NCBI RefSeq assembly: GCF_964355755.1
Contig: NC_092676.1
Span: 27,422,871 to 27,486,870, forward strand
From: Antedon mediterranea
Lineage: Eukaryota; Animalia; Echinodermata
Reading direction: 5' to 3'
DNA length: 64,000 nt
In this document: piece after piece, positions 57,849-64,000 of the stretch
Layout of the letters: each line of letters starts with the position of its first letter
Numbering within the stretch: position 1 is the stretch's first letter
Notes under the pieces: generated by a model
Databases searched by the model: none
What the model saw: the letters and a program-made list of their open reading frames with translations, nothing else
What the model was told of the DNA's origin: nothing
Position numbers and translations under genes: made by a program

Positions 57849-59898
57849 TAAGACTTTTTTATTTTTAAGCTTACCTAACCTTTCAATATTACATGTCAGG
57901 GGCCAAACCATTCTCATTCCATTTGTAATTTTTATTTTATATTTACCAACGCCAGTCTAGAAAACATTAGTGCCTAAAATTAAATATATATATCTTATAG
58001 AAAATATATTCTTTTCGCCAAATGCAATCATGTAAATTAAAATATGCATAAATTTGCATACATTAAGTAATGATAAAAAGGCATAAATGATTGACTAAGG
58101 CAACTTTCCAACTGTGAATTAATAATTAAAGTTTTATTGCAGTGTATTATTACCCCTTTCATATCGCCTAGTAAAATTCTGAAGTTTATACCAGCGTTTT
58201 GTATGGTGTAGAGTCAAGTGTTTGTGAACAGCTGGGTGTTAACACCGGTGTTTTGTTTGGTGTTGGGTCCGGTGCGTGTGAACAGCTGAGTGTTAACACC
58301 TGGGTGTTAACACCAGTGTTTTGTACGGTGTGGGGTCTAGTGCGTGTGAACTGAGGTGTTATACTAGGCGGTGTGAAGGAGATAAGTAGCACCACACTGA
58401 CAACAACTTGTTGCTTATCCTTCATTTATGAAATGTGTACAGTATATTCAATAATATGTAGTATTATATATTACCTATATAGACACATTGTACCATCAAT
58501 AATTGTCTTTTGTATCATTAGAATATTTCTGCACATGCTCAGAAACTTATGTGTGCAGAATGTTTATGTATCTCTGCTAAGACTCGGCAGAAAATAGTGC
58601 ATATTATTATTAACTTTATGTTTACTTTTAATAATTAACGATAATGGCGTTTCTCATATCATATTCTCAATTGTTATTATTTATTAAGAGTGTTTTATTT
58701 ATCTTATGTTTTGCCTTTGTAAAGTTGAATGAAGTGAAAGAGAAGCAAATTGAATGTTAAAATAAATTGTTATTAAGTAAAATTGCCATTTAAGTTTCTA
58801 CAATAAGTACACAACTCTTCTATTCAAAATATTGGATTTGCAATAAAAGCAATTGATTGACAAAAAAATGTTTACCGTAGTTTTCTTTAGCCTCTGCAAG
58901 AGCAATTTTAGCACATACTTAGTACTAAAAAAGTTCACATTGTGGCTAATTTTCCTAAAAAAAGTACTCAAAATATAGATTTTAAAAATGTTATATTTGT
59001 ATGCGCTTATGATGATTTAAGAAATATGAATAGCGCCATCTATTTGAGACGGGATGGTTTGTATTGGTTTTTTACGCGTGTGAGAGCCTTGATCAACAGT
59101 CAGTACATTCGCGGAAGAGACGTTCAAAGTGTGGCTGGTACGAAATGACAGGCAATGAGAAAAACAGGCCGCCTAGTTTTTCATCTTACTAAATAGAATG
59201 GGATTATTGTTCTCCAAATAGAGTGTATGATTTAATGCAGGAAGTAGGTTTTACTTCAATTATTTATTTAATGTTTGATTAGATTTGGTAGGAGCACAGT
59301 GGTTGTGTTTTTTTTCGGCACTGTTTTTAAACAAACTGCTGTTTAATTAAAAACTAGATGGGCTTAGCCTAAGCCTAGCTCTCTCTGCCACTACTTACTA
59401 GCGGCAGCCTATCAATAGGCCTAACTAGAGTTAAAACTATGGTAAAACAGTGTTTTCAATTGTTTATTTACAATCACATACTATAGGCCTAAGTAATAAC
59501 ATTTATTATGACCTTATTATTTCCTAAATTGACCATCAGAACGTAGGCCTACATTTACTTGTACACATTGAAGAAAGTCTTTGTAGGCTAGCATAACACC
59601 TGGAATCAGTTTTAAATATCCAACCACCTGTGGATAACAATATAGGTTTATAGGAAGTACAGTGTGTAGGCCTGGCCTGGCTCTTTCATTGTACAGCTCA
59701 ACATGTGTGCTTTTAATAAATTGTGCAGCTGTACCAGTTCAATCTCCATGAGTTAGGCCTATGTAAACTTATTTTTTATTATAATTGAAATACTGTAGAA
59801 AAATTATTTTAAAATATATTTTAATTACAGGAGGATATTCAGTATTGAGCTTGATTAAGACGCCAGACAGACAAACAGACGAGGATAATTCAGACAAA

Positions 59899-59936
59899 AT
59901 GGCAGAAGATGATAACGCAGTGTCCGTCGCTGTCCG
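59899..59936 (+). CDS. First coding exon of a kinesin (MAEDDNAVSVAVR), kinesin-4/KIF21-like; the rest of the gene was not found in the window
   Basis: Exon 59831-59936 (ttacag acceptor, gtaaat donor); V-x-V-A-V-R motor-domain start with a phase-2 intron inside the Arg codon, as recalled for KIF21; promoter-like region at 59030-59250. Confidence 0.7.
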
Positions 59937-60765
59937 GTAAATATCCCATATTTTGAAAATACTTTTTTTTTCAGGAAATTTTGACAACCAAAATAGTCTA
60001 CAGATGAAATTGTTAAAATCAACTTTGACATATGACATGCTTCTTGGTTTCGCCCCTAAACTAAATAAAAATGTTTTTTAACGAAAAATTATACAAGAAG
60101 GACATTTAAAAAAAATAAAATGGCAATATTTTCATTCTTTGCTTTTCATTATAAATATATTTTGTAAAATATGACTTGTTGCCAGATTTTAATTTAAAAT
60201 GTACGCGTTGAGAATCTACTGTAGGGAGGAATAGCTATATAGGCTGTGTCATAATCATATACTTATGACCTGATGAAAAAAAAAGATCTTGTGATGAAGT
60301 TCAAAATCCTGCACTGAAAGGTGCGGATGAGATTCATGTAATTTTCCCAGGTCTTCACCATATTTAATTTATTAGCGATTAAGATTAATAAATAATAAAC
60401 GGGAATTAGTAAAGCCTTTGAGGCACAAAGCGGTTGGCAACTGTGTATTATAGTATGGTGGTATTAATACAATGATATTGTGCTAAGTATTTGTTATTCT
60501 TTTGTATTTTGAACCTGTTTCTCTATTGTTCTATACCTCCTCTTGTTTATGCCTCATTTCACCAACCACTTGCTGCAAACTGACTACCATAATTGGGCAT
60601 CATCATACCATAAATGGGCATCACCATCATGAAAGTGATTATTTTTAGAGAGAGTTTATTATTATTGAGGGTGGTATGAGAGCTAAGAATGTGCTGTTTT
60701 AAATAAGATAGTTCATCACTGATGTTTGTGAATAGGCAACTGTTGTGTTTATTGTTCATTCCTAA

Positions 60766-60923
60766 AGCACTGTCTACACTATAACATTTTATGTAAATGT
60801 GATGTGCCCATATTGGATATGATGATGTCATAGCACTACCTTATTTGGGCATATCACTACCATATTTTGACACATCACCATTTTTTTTGTCAAACTAGTT
60901 TTGATGGTGTAGTAGACAGAGCT
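60766..60923. mobile_element. MITE family A copy
   Basis: agcactgtctacactat...gtagacagagct with family core. Confidence 0.8.
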
Positions 60924-63900
60924 GTGTGGTAAGGAAAGGGGTTAAAATAAGATAATTTGTGAATAGGTAACTGTTTATTGACAATTCCTAAAACGTGACT
61001 TCTTTGATTACGATTATTCCTCACGAAAAATCCTTGATCTGTAATCGCTATGCAGCAGACACCATAAAACACAAATCATATAAAGTAATATCTGTTCCTG
61101 TATTCCAATTATTAATTTAAGCTGGTATAAAACTGTCATTTGGCAAAGTTTATTTTTACCCTCTTAATAAATAAATAAATCCTTTTAAAATACAGTTAAA
61201 TTAAAATCAGATCACTCACAAAGCATGATCATTGTTATGTTCATTCCCAGTGTCTCCCACTTTTAGGAACATTACCGCACAATTAGATAATCACAACATT
61301 AATTAATTTATTCTAGTTGTCGTCTTCCTGTATCATGTTGAGGCGTGGTTGTAAACGTACTTACTGACCTAATTCACGTCGTCTTAGTCACAATTGGTTA
61401 TTAGGAAAAAAGGATGTTATTGTTTTAAATCATTTTGTCAAATTGGGTAAAATGTCATTTGTCAAAATCAGTATTTTTTTCGGATTCAGTAATTAATTTA
61501 AAAAAAATGTTATTACAGTATTGTATACACAAAACAAACTTACCATATTTATTTTTAAATTTGGTATTAAAAAAAAATTTAAATATTTTTAAAAGAATAT
61601 ATTTGAAAATATTTTAAAGGTTATCAGATATTAGAAGTTTCACTACATCAGGTGCTATTTAAATTTAGGATTTATTAAATTATTATTTTCAATAACATTA
61701 CGGCATTATCAATGCACATTTAATATTATTAGTAATTTAATATTTTGCTTGATATTGTGAAGGTAATGTGGCATAAATCTATCCAATAAATTATGAATGA
61801 AAGTTGATTTTGTTGCAGGAGGCTTCCTTGTCAAGTTGTGGCTGTTTGCCTTTTAGAAACAGACTGTGAATAAATGCGAACCACCTGGATTAGTGATGCA
61901 AATTACATAAGGTTTAATTCCTGAGGGATGTTGTTATGTCAGCGAGTAGGAAGTATCAATTTGCCGCAGGTCTGCCCGAATGCTACGTCATAATCTAAAC
62001 CCGCTAGATTCTGTTTACGAAATAAAGATTCGTTCAAATAAGAGGTTGGAATTACGAAGATGTTGTCCTTCTCCTACTTTAGTGGTCCTTCTATACTGTA
62101 TCGACATTTCGCTTTTCAAATTATGAGAAATGGAGTTAACTGCCTAACAGTCCCAAGGTCACGGGTTTGAATCCTGTCTCATACCTCTATCATTTCTCTA
62201 TCATTTTACTCACCACAAAAGCAAACACTTCCATAAATGGTACAACATAGGGTTAATTTGGATTTATTTCATGGATTAAATCTTTTCTTTCAACGATGCT
62301 TTGAAGTCATTACCAACAAAATATTTGTTGATGCCATATTTTTTATTACAGCCAGTTTAGCATCCTAAGTAAAATTCAATCATTTTAATTGATTTTAAAG
62401 TTAGACAGTTATAACAATCGTTGATTTTATGTTTAATCCCATGGTACAGAATTCAGTAAATCCTTTTGAACTGGATTATCCTGGATATTATGAACACCTA
62501 TGATTAGCTTATGTCAATTATCGACAGTGAACTTTGTTATCTCGCCTTAGAATCCAGCTGTGTGGTAAATATACCCACTGTCATGTATAAATCAACATAT
62601 TATTAATTAAAATGATTGTCTATTCCTCCTGCATAGTGTCTATAGCACCTGCGATGCTCGATATCAAATCAATCTGAGGCCGAAACATATTTTGTGCCAA
62701 TGTTTAAATTAATTTTTATTTCAACCTTTGGCAACAAATACAAACAAACATTAATTATAATTGATGTCAATTCTGCATTGTGTACACGTAACAAACAAAA
62801 AAAAACTTTAAAAAAATGTATGTGGCTTTTAATCAGTCATTAGCGAAATTTTTTTTGCATAGTATGACAATTATTATTAAATTCAAATTGTAAAAAAAAA
62901 ATGTAGGCTGTTTGTTGTTGATGACTCTTCTCTAGTTTAATACAATGATTTGATAAAAACACAACAATAGGTTTGAACTTCAGAAACTGTTATTAACCCT
63001 GAATCAGTTTCCGTTGGCAATTGATAGCACGTCGTCCAGAGGAAAGATTCACTTTATAACGCCTGCCGGATTAGAGTTCAAAGGAAGAACTAATACTTCT
63101 TTGCATCTTGTGTGAAGTCAGTTTGCTTCTTAACATCTTGTGTGAAGTCAGTTTACTTCTTAGCATCTGTCATCTAGATCAAGAGATCTGTTTATATTTT
63201 TAATTGGTGATGAAATGTTTATTATAGCAATTACAATTTATAAATCAATTGTTTAAATCTAGTAACAATACAGTTGATATCAAGTACTATGATTTATTGA
63301 GGATTTATTACTAAAAAATTAACAATTTGAAACTGTTTAATATTATTATTTTATCTATTTTGAAATTACAGTCTATAGAGCATGTTTAATTACAATAAAT
63401 CCTGTATACAGTATTTTGAAAACAAAATTTCAAACAATTTTTGGTGGACTGTATAAATATATAAATTAGCCTATCCTCATAGATTTTAAATGTACTGTAA
63501 TGTATTACAAATAATTTGCATCATAACCAGTTGTGACATTAAACCATTTAAAAGGTCACTGAAATGTCATTCATTCTTTATAATAACATATGATGGGTGT
63601 CTGTTGAATTATGTTTCAAACATGTGGTGGTTGGAAAAACAGTGAAGTGTGGCTGCCTTGCTTCTTGTATGACAGACTTCCCTAATTGCTCACACTTTGA
63701 TAAACAATAACATAGATGAAAAACATTGATGAAAAGAGTTTATTCCAATACAGTTTATGGAAAAAACATAGACCAAATTGTCATTAACAATTGAGACAAT
63801 AATATTATAGGAAAACATTGATGAGAAGAAGAATTTTTTTTACCAATTTATTCCGATACAGTTTATGGAATAAAAATAGGAAACATTTTCATTAACAATT

Positions 63901-64000
63901 GAGTCGGCAACTATTTGAATTTGGGGTAGAAAACATAGTTTTGTACTGCGTTTTAGGCTAATATTACTTTTATGAATGTGTAGAAAAAATGTACCATAGT

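Noticed and set aside
62125-62185. tRNA or SINE (gggtttgaatcc B-box-like)
   Set aside because: Too short and degenerate to call.
59937-64000. Further kinesin exons
   Set aside because: No acceptor followed by an (I/V)RP frame was found; the region looks intronic.

Overview
AT-rich, intron-rich animal genomic DNA. An invertebrate deuterostome such as an echinoderm is the best guess (inference from a Deu/Nin-type SINE, a Gmr1-type LTR element and the gene content). Three host genes were assembled by hand from GT-AG exons with matching phases. (1) On the minus strand there is a signal peptide plus C-type lectin exons (13652-17985) and, further downstream, GAIN/GPS and 7TM exons of an adhesion GPCR (20-5869, continuing past the window start). 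These are probably one gene, but the linking exons were not found. (2) On the plus strand is a complete CD2AP/SH3KBP1 (CIN85)-family gene (19300-55933, about 738 aa) with 3 SH3 domains, a CPI motif, a coiled coil, two candidate alternative first exons and a tandemly duplicated exon. (3) The first coding exon of a kinesin (KIF21-like) lies at 59899. Repeats include a very young 3.57-kb Gmr1-type Gypsy element (matching 416-bp LTRs, GATAT TSD, open Gag-SCAN-PR-IN(H2C2) ORF, no RT/RNase H). There is also a 10-kb 'Russian-doll' stack of Helentron-type non-autonomous elements inserted into each other's 5' T-tracts, several MITE families (Harbinger-, piggyBac- and Kolobok-like), a SINE, a LINE fragment and minisatellites. 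All calls were made by eye; no searches were run.
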